Notes: a model not told the origin generated them from the letters alone. 64,000 nucleotides of DNA from a bacterium (GCA_963674695.2 CAXXGI010000001.1:96001-160000), one strand, 5' to 3'. Positions 30,215-40,819 are shown, counted from the first letter of the stretch. A program made the numbers and translations.

Positions 30215-30353
30215 GCCTACCCGTATATAGAAGCCCCCCTCTTTTGTACACCCCCTTTTTCGATGTTTTTTTTCGCAACCGCTCCGCCAATTGGCCTGGT
30301 CATCCCTCATCAACGGTGCTACCCATCCAACACCCTGAACCATTGGAGTTTTT

Positions 30354-31085
30354 TTGCACCATCCCCACCGACACCTTTCGACGATCGATTCCACGCATCG
30401 CTGGTGCATCGAACACGCCCATGAGCTTGCCGACGGCACGATCATCACGGCTGAGGTTCAGACCGAAGGATGCGGACGTCGCGGGCGCACCTGGATCTCG
30501 CCGCCGGGCGATTCACTCCTGGCCTCGATGATGCTCAAGCCCGCAATCGCACCCCAACAGGCGACGCTCGCAACCCCGATTCTGGCCATCGCTGTGGTCG
30601 ATGCGTTGGCAGCGCAAGGTCTTGCGACTCAGATTCGCTGGCCCAACGACGTGGTCGTAGCCGAGCGCAAGATCGCCGGCATTCTGGCGCAAGCGATCCT
30701 CGAGGGGGAGCAGCTCACCTCCCTGGTCATCAGCGTCGGCATCAACGGCAACCAGGATGAGGCAACGCTCTCCGCGATCGACCGTCCGGCAACATCATAT
30801 CGGTGTGAGACGGGACGAACGATCGCACCCGAGGGGCTGCTGACCGCGCTCGTCGACGCCTTCGACCCGCTCTGGGACCTCTTCCTGCGCGAAGGATTCG
30901 AACCCATCGCCGGGAGATGGCGTTCCCATCAGGTTTTGCTTGGCCTCCACGTCGATCTTGATCTCGGCGAAAAAAGATGTTCAGGAACGGTCGTCGCTTT
31001 TCCCGACGACGGCTCGATCGAGATTGAAATCTCGCCGGGAGAACGGCGACGCTTTCATGCAGGCGAAATCGTGCGGGTAGCATAA
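30354..31085 (+). CDS. birA: Biotin--protein ligase (no HTH domain)
   Basis: IDST, QTEGCGRRGRTWISP, RWPNDV and KIAGIL. TTG start after a GGAG RBS. Confidence 0.9.
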   Translation: MHHPHRHLSTIDSTHRWCIEHAHELADGTIITAEVQTEGCGRRGRTWISPPGDSLLASMMLKPAIAPQQATLATPILAIAVVDALAAQGLATQIRWPNDVVVAERKIAGILAQAILEGEQLTSLVISVGINGNQDEATLSAIDRPATSYRCETGRTIAPEGLLTALVDAFDPLWDLFLREGFEPIAGRWRSHQVLLGLHVDLDLGEKRCSGTVVAFPDDGSIEIEISPGERRRFHAGEIVRVA

Positions 31086-31134
31086 GTAAGGGTATTGACC
31101 ATGGGCTATACGAATCGGCGTCAAACCTGGTAGT

Positions 31135-31257
31135 TGTCATCCCCGCGAAGGCGGCTGTGCCCGCCGGTTTTGTGGAGGGGGATCTCGATCGGCAATCACA
31201 ATCGAGATTCCCGCTGGAGCCTGCCCCCGAATGATTGAATCGGGGGCGGGAATGACA
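31135..31257. repeat. TGTCAT-tagged REP-like doublet
   Basis: TGTCATCCCCGCGAAGGCGG...GATCTCGAT/ATCGAGATTCCCGC...GCGGGAATGACA. Confidence 0.8.
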
Positions 31258-31287
31258 TCGAGCGGAAAACCGCTTAAGGAGATACTG

Positions 31288-31530
31288 ATGATCACCGACG
31301 GATTGGAAATCATGGTCGTGGGCATGGGAACGGTATTCGCCCTGCTCATCTTTATCGTTATTGCTATCGCCATCGCCTCGCGCATCCTGCACGCCTGTGG
31401 CTGCCAGGTGCAGACACCGGCAGCGGCAACGGCTCCCACGAAGAAACCGCATTGTGGCGCTATCGCCGCCATCGCCGCGGCGCTGACCCTGTATCGCCGC
31501 AAACAGCACAAGGACGGCTCCCATGACTGA
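31288..31530 (+). CDS. oadG: Oxaloacetate decarboxylase gamma subunit
   Basis: GLEIMVVGMGTVFALL TM segment, Ala/Pro linker and IAAIAAAL. Confidence 0.85.
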   Translation: MITDGLEIMVVGMGTVFALLIFIVIAIAIASRILHACGCQVQTPAAATAPTKKPHCGAIAAIAAALTLYRRKQHKDGSHD

Positions 31531-33292
31531 ACACCGAAAAGTAGGCATCACCGAGGTGGTCCTGCGCGACGCGCACCAATCGCTCCTGGCCACGCGCATG
31601 CGCACCGCCGACATGCTCGCCATCGCGGAGAAGATCAACCGCGTGGGCTATTGGTCGGTCGAGTGCTGGGGCGGAGCGACCTTCGATTCCTGCATCCGCT
31701 TCCTTCGCGAGGACCCCTGGGAGCGCATCCGGCTGCTCAAGAAGGCCATGCCCGACACGCGCCTGCAGATGTTGCTGCGCGGGCAGAATATCCTCGGCTA
31801 TCGGCACTATGCCGATGATGTCGTCGATGCCTTCGTCGAACGCGCGGCAGCAGGCGGCGTGGACGTCTTTCGCATCTTCGATGCCCTCAACGACACGCGC
31901 AATCTGCAGCGCGCCATCGCCGCGGTGAAGCAGACGGACAAACACGCGCAGGGCACCATCTCCTATACGGTCAGCCCCTTCCACACCAACGAGCGCTTCA
32001 TCGAGTTGGGGCAAGATCTCGAGCGCATGGGCTGCGATTCGATCTGCATCAAAGACATGGCCGGGCTGATCACGCCGACGGTCGCCTTCGACCTGGTGGC
32101 TGGGCTCAAGGCCAACATCAAGATCCCGGTGGCACTGCACAGCCACGCCACGACGGGGCTGGCCACCGCATCGCTGCTCAAGGCCATCGAGGCCGGATGC
32201 GACACAATCGACACGGCCATCTCCTCTTTGAGCCTGGGCACCTCGCACGCGCCGACCGAGACCATGGTGACGATGCTCGCGGGAACGCCCAACGACACGG
32301 GACTGCGCCTGGATCTGCTCACCGAGATCGCCGCGCACTTCCGGGTCGCGCGTCGCAGCTATGCGGAATTCGAAAGCGCCTTCTCGGGCGTGGACACGCG
32401 CATCCTCACGAGCCAGGTCCCGGGCGGCATGCTCTCCAATCTGGAGAGCCAGCTGCGCCAACAGAATGCCGCCGACAAGATGGACGCGGTCATGAACGAG
32501 ATCCCGCAGGTGCGCAAGGAACTGGGCTATCCGCCGCTGGTCACGCCCACCTCGCAGATTGTCGGCACGCAGGCCGTGCTCAACGTCCTGCAGGGAGCGC
32601 GTTACAAGACGATCACGGCCGAGACCAAGGCCCTGCTCGGCGGCCATTATGGGCGCACGCCCGCACCGGTCGATCCCGAGATCCAGAAGCAAGCGCTCGG
32701 AGACGAAGAACCGATCACCTGTCGGCCGGCGGATCTCATCGACCCGGAGATGGCGAAACTCAAAGGGGAGCTCAAGGATACGGTCACATCGGTCGAGGAT
32801 ATCCTGACCTACGCCCTCTTCCCGAAGGTGGCCCTCGGCTTCTTCGCCGCACGCGAGGCGGGCGAAACAGCCCCTGCACCGAAGACCGCCGAAGCAACGC
32901 CTGCGACAAGCTCGTCGTCAGCGCCGAGCACCGGCCACTGTTCGATCTATACGGTCTCCGTCGATGGCGTGTCCTACAGCGTCTGCATCGAGGAGGGCGA
33001 GGGCAAGGGTGGCATGGAGATGCGCCCGGCCAAGACGCACCTGACCACCGAAGGTGTCACCGAAGAGGAAGGAACCTCCATCGTCGACGCACCGCTAGCA
33101 GGTCGTGTCATCCGGCACGTGAAAAATCCGGGCGAGAAGATCGCCTCGGGGGAAACGGTCCTCATCATCGAAGCGATGAAGATGGAGACCGAGATCAACG
33201 CGAGCGAAGACGGCGTGCTACACCGCTTCTTCGTCCGCGAAGGCCAGGAGTTCGCGCACGGCGAACCGATGTATGCGTTGAAAAAGGCATAA
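31523..33292 (+). CDS. oadA: Oxaloacetate decarboxylase alpha subunit
   Basis: LRDAHQSLLATRM, ECWGGATFD, IKDMAG, QVPGGM and biotinylation motif EAMKM. Confidence 0.93.
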   Translation: MTEHRKVGITEVVLRDAHQSLLATRMRTADMLAIAEKINRVGYWSVECWGGATFDSCIRFLREDPWERIRLLKKAMPDTRLQMLLRGQNILGYRHYADDVVDAFVERAAAGGVDVFRIFDALNDTRNLQRAIAAVKQTDKHAQGTISYTVSPFHTNERFIELGQDLERMGCDSICIKDMAGLITPTVAFDLVAGLKANIKIPVALHSHATTGLATASLLKAIEAGCDTIDTAISSLSLGTSHAPTETMVTMLAGTPNDTGLRLDLLTEIAAHFRVARRSYAEFESAFSGVDTRILTSQVPGGMLSNLESQLRQQNAADKMDAVMNEIPQVRKELGYPPLVTPTSQIVGTQAVLNVLQGARYKTITAETKALLGGHYGRTPAPVDPEIQKQALGDEEPITCRPADLIDPEMAKLKGELKDTVTSVEDILTYALFPKVALGFFAAREAGETAPAPKTAEATPATSSSSAPSTGHCSIYTVSVDGVSYSVCIEEGEGKGGMEMRPAKTHLTTEGVTEEEGTSIVDAPLAGRVIRHVKNPGEKIASGETVLIIEAMKMETEINASEDGVLHRFFVREGQEFAHGEPMYALKKA

Positions 33293-33316
33293 GGAATTGA
33301 TGACAAGCTCCGATTC

Positions 33317-33420
33317 TGTCATCCCGACCGACCGAGCTAAAGCGAGGAAGTGGAGGGATCTCATGATATACAAGGGATTCCTCCATGCGCTCATTTCTTT
33401 CGCTTAGTCGCGGAATGACA
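33317..33420. repeat. TGTCAT-tagged REP-like doublet
   Basis: TGTCATCCCGAC...GGAGGGATCTC / GGATTCCTCC...GGAATGACA. Confidence 0.75.
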
Positions 33421-33466
33421 ATACAGACTCAGTCAAGGAACACTTACAGCAATCAACGAGGCATCC

Positions 33467-34819
33467 ATGAGAAACACGCTCATCTTCTGTGGCATCATTA
33501 TGGCGCTCTTTGTCGCCATGACCGCGCCCCGCGCCATCGCGCAGCAGTTTGCACCGCCGAGCGCGAGCACGCAGCTGCAATCGCAGGCGCGCGGATTTGA
33601 AGGCGGCATCGCAGGTCTCGTCGATCGCCTCTGGAAGACGACCGGAATCTATCAGTTCGCCAACCGCCAGCAGGGCGATCCGGAACCGGCCACGATGCTC
33701 ATGCCGCACGTGGAGACCGACTATCCGACGGCGGCCGGCTGGATGAAGCTCATCATGATCCTGCTCGGCGGCGTGATGCTCTATCTGGCCATCGCCAAGA
33801 AGTTCGAACCGCTCCTGCTCGTCCCCATCGGCTTCGGCGCGATCCTCACCAACATCCCCATGGGCGGCATCGCCCTCGAGGGGGGACTGCTCAAATACTT
33901 CTTCGACATCGGGATCGCCACCGAGGTCTGCCCGCTGCTCATCTTCATGGGCATCGGCGCGCTGACCGATTTCGGTCCGCTGATCGCCAACCCCAAGACG
34001 GCGTTTCTCGGTGCAGCCGCGCAGTTCGGCGTCTTCGCCACCGTCATCGGCGCGCTCATTCTCACCAAGTATTTCGGATTTGGGTTCTCGCTGCAGGATG
34101 CCTGTTCCATCGGCATCATCGGGGGTGCGGACGGCCCGACCTCGATCTTCCTGTCGAGTCAACTCTCGCCCCAGCTGATGGGCGCCATCGCGGTGGCCGC
34201 CTACTCCTATATGGCGCTCGTGCCGGTCATCCAGCCGCCGATCATGCGGCTTTTGACCTCCGCAAAGGAACGGCGCGTCGTGATGCAGCAGCTCCGCCCC
34301 GTCTCGAAGGCGGAGAAGATCGCCTTTCCGCTCATCCTGCTCGTGGCCTGCATCCTGCTGCTTCCGACGGCCACGCCGCTGATCGGCATGCTCGCCTTCG
34401 GCAACATCCTGCGCGAATCGGGCGTGGTCGAGCGCCTCTCCAAGACCGCACAGAATGAGCTGATCAACATCGTGACGATCGTGTTGGGGTTGGGCGTGTC
34501 GACCAAACTCGCGGCCGAACAGTTTCTCCGCGTGGACACGCTGGGCATCCTGGTGCTGGGGCTCATCGCGTTTTCGATCTCGACCGCCGCGGGCCTCATC
34601 CTGGGCAAGATCATGTGCCGGCTCTCCGGCTGGAAGGTCAACCCGCTCATCGGCGCCGCGGGCGTCTCCGCCGTCCCCATGGCCGCGCGCGTGGCAGCTG
34701 TGGAGGGTCAGCGCGAGAATCCCAGCAACTATCTGCTCATGCACGCCATGGGTCCAAACGTCGCCGGTGTGATCGGAACCGCCGTCGCCGCGGGCGTGCT
34801 GCTGGCGGTGTTTCGATAA
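33467..34819 (+). CDS. oadB: Na+-translocating decarboxylase beta subunit
   Basis: [33 protein letters not shown] and HAMGPNVAG. Confidence 0.95.
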   Translation: MRNTLIFCGIIMALFVAMTAPRAIAQQFAPPSASTQLQSQARGFEGGIAGLVDRLWKTTGIYQFANRQQGDPEPATMLMPHVETDYPTAAGWMKLIMILLGGVMLYLAIAKKFEPLLLVPIGFGAILTNIPMGGIALEGGLLKYFFDIGIATEVCPLLIFMGIGALTDFGPLIANPKTAFLGAAAQFGVFATVIGALILTKYFGFGFSLQDACSIGIIGGADGPTSIFLSSQLSPQLMGAIAVAAYSYMALVPVIQPPIMRLLTSAKERRVVMQQLRPVSKAEKIAFPLILLVACILLLPTATPLIGMLAFGNILRESGVVERLSKTAQNELINIVTIVLGLGVSTKLAAEQFLRVDTLGILVLGLIAFSISTAAGLILGKIMCRLSGWKVNPLIGAAGVSAVPMAARVAAVEGQRENPSNYLLMHAMGPNVAGVIGTAVAAGVLLAVFR

Positions 34820-34888
34820 AAACGAAGACAAAAAAAGAGGTGCGACACCTGCGTGCCGCACCCCTTCATCATCGAAGAATACAATCCC

Positions 34889-35428
34889 CTACGACCGAAT
34901 AGCCTTTACCAGACCGCTGGCGGCGATCGCCTTGACGAGATCGGCGATGAGAAACGGCGCCACACCCATGGCGACCGCCTGCGACCAGCTCCCGCCGATC
35001 GACAGCTTCAGCCACGCCACGCCCGGGATGTAGATCGCCAGTGCGGCGCTGACGCAGACGAGCGCGGTAGCATACCAACGGTTCGTTCGCACGAAGCCGA
35101 CGATCGCCGCGGCCGCGATGAAACCGACCAGATACCCGCCGGTGGCACCCACCATGTGCTGCCAACCGCTGGCACCAGCGAAGAACGGTGCACCCAACAG
35201 TCCCAGGGCGAGATACCAGCCGACCATCTGGAGCGCATAGTAGCGGCCGAGCAATCCCGCACAGGCGATGAGCGCAAAGGTCTGCAGCGTGATGGGCACG
35301 GGCGTTCCCGGGATGGGGATGCGAACCAACGCCGAAAAACCGACCAGGATCGCGAGCGCGAAACTCGCGGCGGACAGGACGAGCACGTTGCTCGGGACTC
35401 CAATGCGTTCGAGTGCAGCGATTTTCAT
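34889..35428 (-). CDS. bioY: Biotin transporter BioY
   Basis: PVPITLQTF, GAPFFAG, TGGYLVGF and PFLIADLVK. Confidence 0.92.
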   Translation of the reverse strand: MKIAALERIGVPSNVLVLSAASFALAILVGFSALVRIPIPGTPVPITLQTFALIACAGLLGRYYALQMVGWYLALGLLGAPFFAGASGWQHMVGATGGYLVGFIAAAAIVGFVRTNRWYATALVCVSAALAIYIPGVAWLKLSIGGSWSQAVAMGVAPFLIADLVKAIAASGLVKAIRS

Positions 35429-35480
35429 ATCAAGCTCCTTTGTTTGTCATTTTCATACTGCTGATAAAACCTTCTCGTGC

Positions 35481-35577
35481 TGTCATTCCCGCGGGGGTAA
35501 GCGGAAATCTCGATTTTGATGGCACATCGAGATCCCCGCCTTCGCGGGGATGACACCGTGGAGACTCGGGGATGACA
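35481..35577. repeat. TGTCAT-tagged REP-like doublet
   Basis: TGTCATTCCCCGC...ATCTCGAT/ATCGAGATCCCCGCCTTCGCGGGGATGACA plus an extra GGGGATGACA. Confidence 0.8.
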
Positions 35578-35583
35578 CTCCTC

Positions 35584-36141
35584 TTATCTCCGTGCCGGAC
35601 AGTTGCATGCCTTCGGCGCGGCATCCATCGCGCGCGCCGTATTGAGTTCACCCGATGTGCCGCTGGCGACAGGCGCACCCGCCTTCCAGCCCCATGCTCC
35701 GCCGGTCCAGACGGCCATCGGCGTGCGCCCAGCCCCCGCATCGATCTCGAAGCGAACGTCCCGCTTCGCATCGAATGTCTTGGCCACCGCCGGCGCGTAC
35801 ACCGGAAGCCGCTCGGCGAGCACATCGGTGAACGTGCGGATGAGGCGCTGGGCATACGCCTGGAGACGTCCTCGATCGTATTGCAGATCCGGTGCAAGCA
35901 CCGTCATCTCCACATCGATAACACCGTCCTTGGTGAGTCGCGGCGCGAGCGCCACGCGATCGGAGGAGAGATAGAGGCTCACCGTGTCGACCTGTGTGAG
36001 CAGGGCCGCGCGCTCAGTGAGCACCACAGGCTTATTCAGATCGGCCTTTTTGATCTCCGCATGGGCGACGGCCCCGAAGATGAGCAGGATGGCGATGATA
36101 GGAGCGACAAAACGCATGATGGACATCCCCCTCCCCCGCAA
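35584..36141 (-). CDS. Hypothetical secreted protein
   Basis: Signal peptide ending AHA. C-terminal CNC. Confidence 0.7.
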   Translation of the reverse strand: MRGRGMSIMRFVAPIIAILLIFGAVAHAEIKKADLNKPVVLTERAALLTQVDTVSLYLSSDRVALAPRLTKDGVIDVEMTVLAPDLQYDRGRLQAYAQRLIRTFTDVLAERLPVYAPAVAKTFDAKRDVRFEIDAGAGRTPMAVWTGGAWGWKAGAPVASGTSGELNTARAMDAAPKACNCPARR

Positions 36142-36212
36142 GGCTTAAATACGAGGGAGACGGCGGTGTCAAGGAGGGAGAAAAAAGGTCACTGCCCGAT
36201 TTCCGGAATCCG

Positions 36213-36755
36213 TTAGATATACCACGTGAACATGAGCTCGGCGCCGCCGCCGAAGAAGAAGGCGCCCTTGTCGTTTTTCTGCCCGCCGCCGATCAGCATT
36301 TCTCCTCCGAGGTTGAGGGAGATGGGGAGACCGGGGCCTGGCGAGACGATGTTATAGCCGAGTCCAAACATATATCCGATGGACCAGTAGTCGCTGTCGG
36401 AAGTCGTGGGGGTACCTTCAGAGGTGACGGTCTTCTTGCCGTTATCGTCGATGGTGCCCCACTGGCCGAAGAGGCCATTTTTTACACTGAAGTTCACGAT
36501 ATTGCCGAACTTCATGGCGAGGTTATACCCGAGCGACGTGCGGTGCGCAGGGTTGAGATAGAAGTAGGAATACCCCGCTCCGAGTTCGCCACTGAAGGAG
36601 GACGAGGAGAAGTCGCTTTCCGAGGAGCCGCGAAAGGCAAGCCCCGCCTTTGCCCGAACGTCGGGATTGAAGCCGTTGAGGAGATCGCCCCCAACGCCGG
36701 CGCCCACGCCGAGCGTTGGACCAACGCCGAAACCGGAATCGATGTCCGATCCCAC
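36213..36755 (-). CDS. Beta-barrel-like domain (possibly the 3' part of a disrupted gene)
   Basis: Gly/aromatic alternating strands ending FTWYI. In frame with 36762-37148 across one TAA. Confidence 0.55.
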   Translation of the reverse strand: MGSDIDSGFGVGPTLGVGAGVGGDLLNGFNPDVRAKAGLAFRGSSESDFSSSSFSGELGAGYSYFYLNPAHRTSLGYNLAMKFGNIVNFSVKNGLFGQWGTIDDNGKKTVTSEGTPTTSDSDYWSIGYMFGLGYNIVSPGPGLPISLNLGGEMLIGGGQKNDKGAFFFGGGAELMFTWYI

Positions 36756-36761
36756 ATCCTG

Positions 36762-37148
36762 TTACTGGATCCTCGTCCTCCGGACGGCGTAACGCCTCCT
36801 CACCAGCACCTTCTCCGTCGTCGCTTCGTCCTGATCTTCCTCTATCGCCGCCTTGTCCCGACACTTCTCCGTCAAAGCATGCTTGCCGTCGATCTTCACA
36901 TCCTCAATGTCGCGCACGCGTTCGACGTCGCGAAAGAGGTTCGGCACGGCGCGCGCGCAAGAGGAACCCGTCTTCACAAAACGCGATCCGTTCGGGTCGC
37001 TGATTTCGACCTCTTTCATACCCTTCTTCCTCAGGCCGAAGCACTGCCGCACGAGCGTCTTACAGGAACACTCGAACGCATCTCCCTTTTGTGTGCCGAT
37101 TTTTTCACACGGTGGATAGAAGTCCTTCACGCGTTTGACCTTGCCCAT
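36762..37148 (-). CDS. Cys-rich hypothetical protein (possibly the 5' part of a disrupted gene)
   Basis: AAGGAG RBS, six Cys residues, no signal peptide. Confidence 0.55.
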   Translation of the reverse strand: MGKVKRVKDFYPPCEKIGTQKGDAFECSCKTLVRQCFGLRKKGMKEVEISDPNGSRFVKTGSSCARAVPNLFRDVERVRDIEDVKIDGKHALTEKCRDKAAIEEDQDEATTEKVLVRRRYAVRRTRIQ

Positions 37149-37311
37149 AATCGCTCCTTGACTGCCTCCCCCGGAGTCTCATCTATAGTTATCGAGTGCA
37201 CATAGTAAAAGGTGCGCCCTTTTTCCACCCGAACGCACATTTTCATCCATATAGAAGTACCATGGTGACTCCTGCAAATGAGATGCGTTGAGCTGATGGG
37301 CGGTTAGGACA

Positions 37312-39651
37312 TTACTCCGGAATCGGCTTGAGCTTGACGATGACGGGGTTGAACTCGTTCACCGCCAGAGAGATGTTGAGATCGGTGGGGAGATAGCCCG
37401 ACTTCTCGATGCGGATACGGTAGTTGCCCAGCGGAAGCTCGTGGAGGATGACCGGCGTCTTCTGTGCCACCGGCTTGTCGTTGACCACGACATTGGCGCC
37501 CGGCGGTTCGGAATAGACGTAGAGCACCGACCGGAAGGGCGAGAGTTTCTGGAAGAGATCGTTGGCCTCGCGCTTGACCCCCTCGTCCTCGGCCTTGAGC
37601 AACACCTCGACCAAGAGCGGTAGCGCCTTATTCAGCGCCTTCATGCGTGCATAGCCCTCAACGAGACCCAAGAGCGCCTGGTTGCGATATTCATCATTGG
37701 TCTTGGCCTGTTCGAAGTACCCCATCGCCCGCTGGATGTCGTTGAGGCTGAGATAACAGACGCCGAGCAGATAGTTGGCCAGCGCTACCTCGGACGGTGC
37801 CGGCTCGGAGTTCAGCGCCTCAGCCAGCTCGTTGATCGCGTCCTGGTACATCTGACGATTCATGGCCAGACGCGCGTTGTTCACATGCGCACCCGCGAGC
37901 GACGTCTTGAGCTTCACGTTCGCGACGAACGGCGTGTTGATGTCGACCTTCAAGTCCTCGGAGTGTTCGAAGTATCCCTCTTTGCGCACGGTGAGTTTGT
38001 GCTCGCCCAGCGGGAAGGTCCCCTCAAATGGCGTCTTCCCCACCTTCTTGCTGTCGATGTAGACATCGGCGCTGGCTGGCTCAGACTTGATCTTGACCGG
38101 GAAGGTCTCCAGATCGCCCTCCTTGATCTCGAGCGCAAACGCCGGACTCTCCTCGGCCAGGACGAATTCGCGCCGAAAGATGATATCTTCGATGAAGGTC
38201 GGTGACGTCTCGCCCATCTGGCGCGAACGCCGCAGCTCGATCAGGTATTCGCCATACGGCACATAGAAGGGCTTGCCCAGGATCACCTCTTTGATCTTCG
38301 CGCTGCGTTCCTGGAATTTATCGTAGGCAAAGCGCCCCTCGATATAGAGCTGAACGTCGCGCGGCAGATCGTCGATCTTGATGATGCCAATCGGCCCACG
38401 AAAGAGGATGGGGATGACCGACTTGCCCAGCTCGACGGTGAACTCGGCCCGCTGGGTGTACTGCTCTTTGACATCCTCCATCATGAAGCGCGCCTCGGTC
38501 GTGTAGGTCTTGCCCGGTTCGAGCTCCACATTGACGCGCAAGGGGGTTGCCCCCAGCTCCTTGCCCTGAAAGGTGACCGTCGCCGTCGTGGGAGAGGAGG
38601 CGAAGTCGAGAAAGACCGGAATCTTCGGAACGGCCGATTTCGCCGGAGGCGCTGTCTTTGGAGAAGGGGTCTTCGCCGTCGCTCCCTGCTCGGGGATGCC
38701 CGGCGTCGTCTTCGCGGGCATCGCGGCAAGCGCCTTCTCCGACGTGGCCTCTGTTTTTCCCTCCGACTCCGTCTTCTTCGCCGCCGCCTTTGGCTGATCT
38801 TCCGAAGCCTTCACGGCCGGGGCCTTCTCCGTTGTTTTTTTCTTCGCGCCTGCATCCTTCGCCGCCGCCTTTTTGTCCACCTTTGCCGAGCGGGCCTTGG
38901 TCTTCGGCGCCTTGAAAAAATGGCGATAGCCGAAGTAGCCCCCCACGACGAAAATCATGACCAAGAGGGCCCCGAGCATGACGATCGGGCGTCGACGCGA
39001 TGCCTTTGGCTGCGGCACCTCATCCTCCGGACCGGGGAAATCGCCCCGATCATCGTCGGGAGGCGGCAAGAAAGAACCGCTCTCCTCAATCTCTTCGATC
39101 TCTTCAGCACTGCCCAGGCGTGCCGTCTCGCTCTCGGGCGGGGCTGAGACAAAGACGGTTCGATCCGCACTGGCAAGCTCGGGCGGGAGAGTCAGCTCCT
39201 CCTCCACACCGATCGGCTTGGTGATGAGTCGCAGCTGATAGATACCGGTCTTGACCACATCTTTGTGGCCGATAACGGTGGCATCGGTGATGAGCGCCCC
39301 GTTGACGTAGCTGCCATTCTTGCTGCCGAGATCGCGCACCGTGATACCGCTCTCGCCCCGGTTGATCTCGGCATGCTGGCGCGAGACGCTCTGATCGTCG
39401 AGTTGAATGGTATTGGTGGTCGTGCGCCCGATCAGGTTCGGCCCCGCCAACAGGGAAAATCGAGCGCCGATGCGCGGCCCATCGACGACGACCATGTAGG
39501 GCAACTCGGCATGCGGCTTGGCGGGTGTAGCCTCTTCCTCATCCTCGATCGGGCGAATGACGGTACGATCCTCAGGACGCGGCATATCCGGCGTTTCCGT
39601 CGCCTCTTCTGCAACATGCGGATCGGTCTTGTCATTATCGATATCGGCCAT
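37312..39651 (-). CDS. FHA-TM-PEGA-TPR-PEGA membrane protein
   Basis: FHA motifs IGR...VSRQHA...DLGSKNGSYVNG, a TM helix, Lys/Ala/Pro linker, PEGA motifs (SEPASADVYID..GKTP) and TPR helices. Confidence 0.85.
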   Translation of the reverse strand: MADIDNDKTDPHVAEEATETPDMPRPEDRTVIRPIEDEEEATPAKPHAELPYMVVVDGPRIGARFSLLAGPNLIGRTTTNTIQLDDQSVSRQHAEINRGESGITVRDLGSKNGSYVNGALITDATVIGHKDVVKTGIYQLRLITKPIGVEEELTLPPELASADRTVFVSAPPESETARLGSAEEIEEIEESGSFLPPPDDDRGDFPGPEDEVPQPKASRRRPIVMLGALLVMIFVVGGYFGYRHFFKAPKTKARSAKVDKKAAAKDAGAKKKTTEKAPAVKASEDQPKAAAKKTESEGKTEATSEKALAAMPAKTTPGIPEQGATAKTPSPKTAPPAKSAVPKIPVFLDFASSPTTATVTFQGKELGATPLRVNVELEPGKTYTTEARFMMEDVKEQYTQRAEFTVELGKSVIPILFRGPIGIIKIDDLPRDVQLYIEGRFAYDKFQERSAKIKEVILGKPFYVPYGEYLIELRRSRQMGETSPTFIEDIIFRREFVLAEESPAFALEIKEGDLETFPVKIKSEPASADVYIDSKKVGKTPFEGTFPLGEHKLTVRKEGYFEHSEDLKVDINTPFVANVKLKTSLAGAHVNNARLAMNRQMYQDAINELAEALNSEPAPSEVALANYLLGVCYLSLNDIQRAMGYFEQAKTNDEYRNQALLGLVEGYARMKALNKALPLLVEVLLKAEDEGVKREANDLFQKLSPFRSVLYVYSEPPGANVVVNDKPVAQKTPVILHELPLGNYRIRIEKSGYLPTDLNISLAVNEFNPVIVKLKPIPE

Positions 39652-39748
39652 AATCGCTCTAGATGTACCACAAAGCGACCCCCCCGACAAGCGGCGCGCT
39701 CGACGGAGACCTTGATTTTTCGAAGGAAAATCATGATAGTGGCAGTCG

Positions 39749-40819
39749 ATGCCCACCTTCATTCGACATCCCTGGATCATCGTCCTGATCGCAGCCCTGC
39801 TTTTGCCCGCCACGGCCACCGCGCGAGCAAAGGCATGCATCGACTGGCGCAGCGTGATGGCCCAGCAGATGCTGACCACGATGCCACCGGAGGGGTCGGC
39901 AATTCTCGTCGGGCCCTTCACCGACGGCACCAAGCGCTCGGGGGATGGCTGGATCTCGATGGGCTTGCGCAACTACCTGGCGGACCTCCTGGCCACCAGC
40001 GAAAAGCTCCGCGTCTTCTCGGGACTGACCGCCGCCAGCGCCGGCCCCGCCCCGGCACACACCATCACCGGCATCTTTCAGCACTTGAACCCCGGCCCGA
40101 ACGGCACGCTACGCGTCTTCATCCAGCTCAAGGACGGCCCCAGCGGAAAATTGATGCGCCAATTCGAATTGAGCTTCCCCTATCCCGGGAATGCAGCCCT
40201 CTTCCTGGAGATGGCGGGCACCGCCCGTGACATCCTGGGGTACCTCAAGGCCAAATACGACCCTGCCCGTTTTCGGATGATCCGCGATGCGACGGCATCC
40301 GTTCCAACGTTTGCCGCCTACACCAAGGGGCTTGAGGCCTACGAACAGTTCAGCGCCAAGCGGGAAAAGACGGCGAAACTCCTCTTCATCGAGGCCAAGC
40401 GTCTCGATCAGCGCTCACCCCTGGGCTATCGCGGCATGGTCGACCTCTTCACCTTCCGCGGCTTTGCGCACAAGCAGGAGGGCAAGCCCTACGGTCCAGA
40501 TTTTCAGCGGGCTCAGACCGAGCTCATGGAAATGTATCGCTATGTCCCGAGCAGCATGCCCAAAAGGCAGAAGGATGCGCCGACCGGAAACCGATTTCTC
40601 GACAGCAACGTCGCCTTCACCGAGGGACTCCATTTTGCGCAGATAGGAAAGACCGCCGAGACTATCGCGATGTTTCGGCGCGCCGTTGAACTCGTGCCCG
40701 AAGACGCCATCACCTGGCATCACATCGCGCGCCTGGAGGCGCGACAGGGAAATGTGGCCGCATCGCAGGAAGCGCTGCGCAAGGCACTGTCGATCAATCC
40801 GTGTATTGAAAACCCGTGA
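39749..40819 (+). CDS. Secreted TPR-containing protein
   Basis: Signal peptide. C-terminal TPRs (FRRAVELVPEDAITW, RKALSINP). Confidence 0.75.
   Translation: MPTFIRHPWIIVLIAALLLPATATARAKACIDWRSVMAQQMLTTMPPEGSAILVGPFTDGTKRSGDGWISMGLRNYLADLLATSEKLRVFSGLTAASAGPAPAHTITGIFQHLNPGPNGTLRVFIQLKDGPSGKLMRQFELSFPYPGNAALFLEMAGTARDILGYLKAKYDPARFRMIRDATASVPTFAAYTKGLEAYEQFSAKREKTAKLLFIEAKRLDQRSPLGYRGMVDLFTFRGFAHKQEGKPYGPDFQRAQTELMEMYRYVPSSMPKRQKDAPTGNRFLDSNVAFTEGLHFAQIGKTAETIAMFRRAVELVPEDAITWHHIARLEARQGNVAASQEALRKALSINPCIENP

Noticed and set aside
37180-37200. Sigma-28-like CTCGATAA box upstream of 37148
   Set aside because: Imperfect -10 match and no convincing -35 element.
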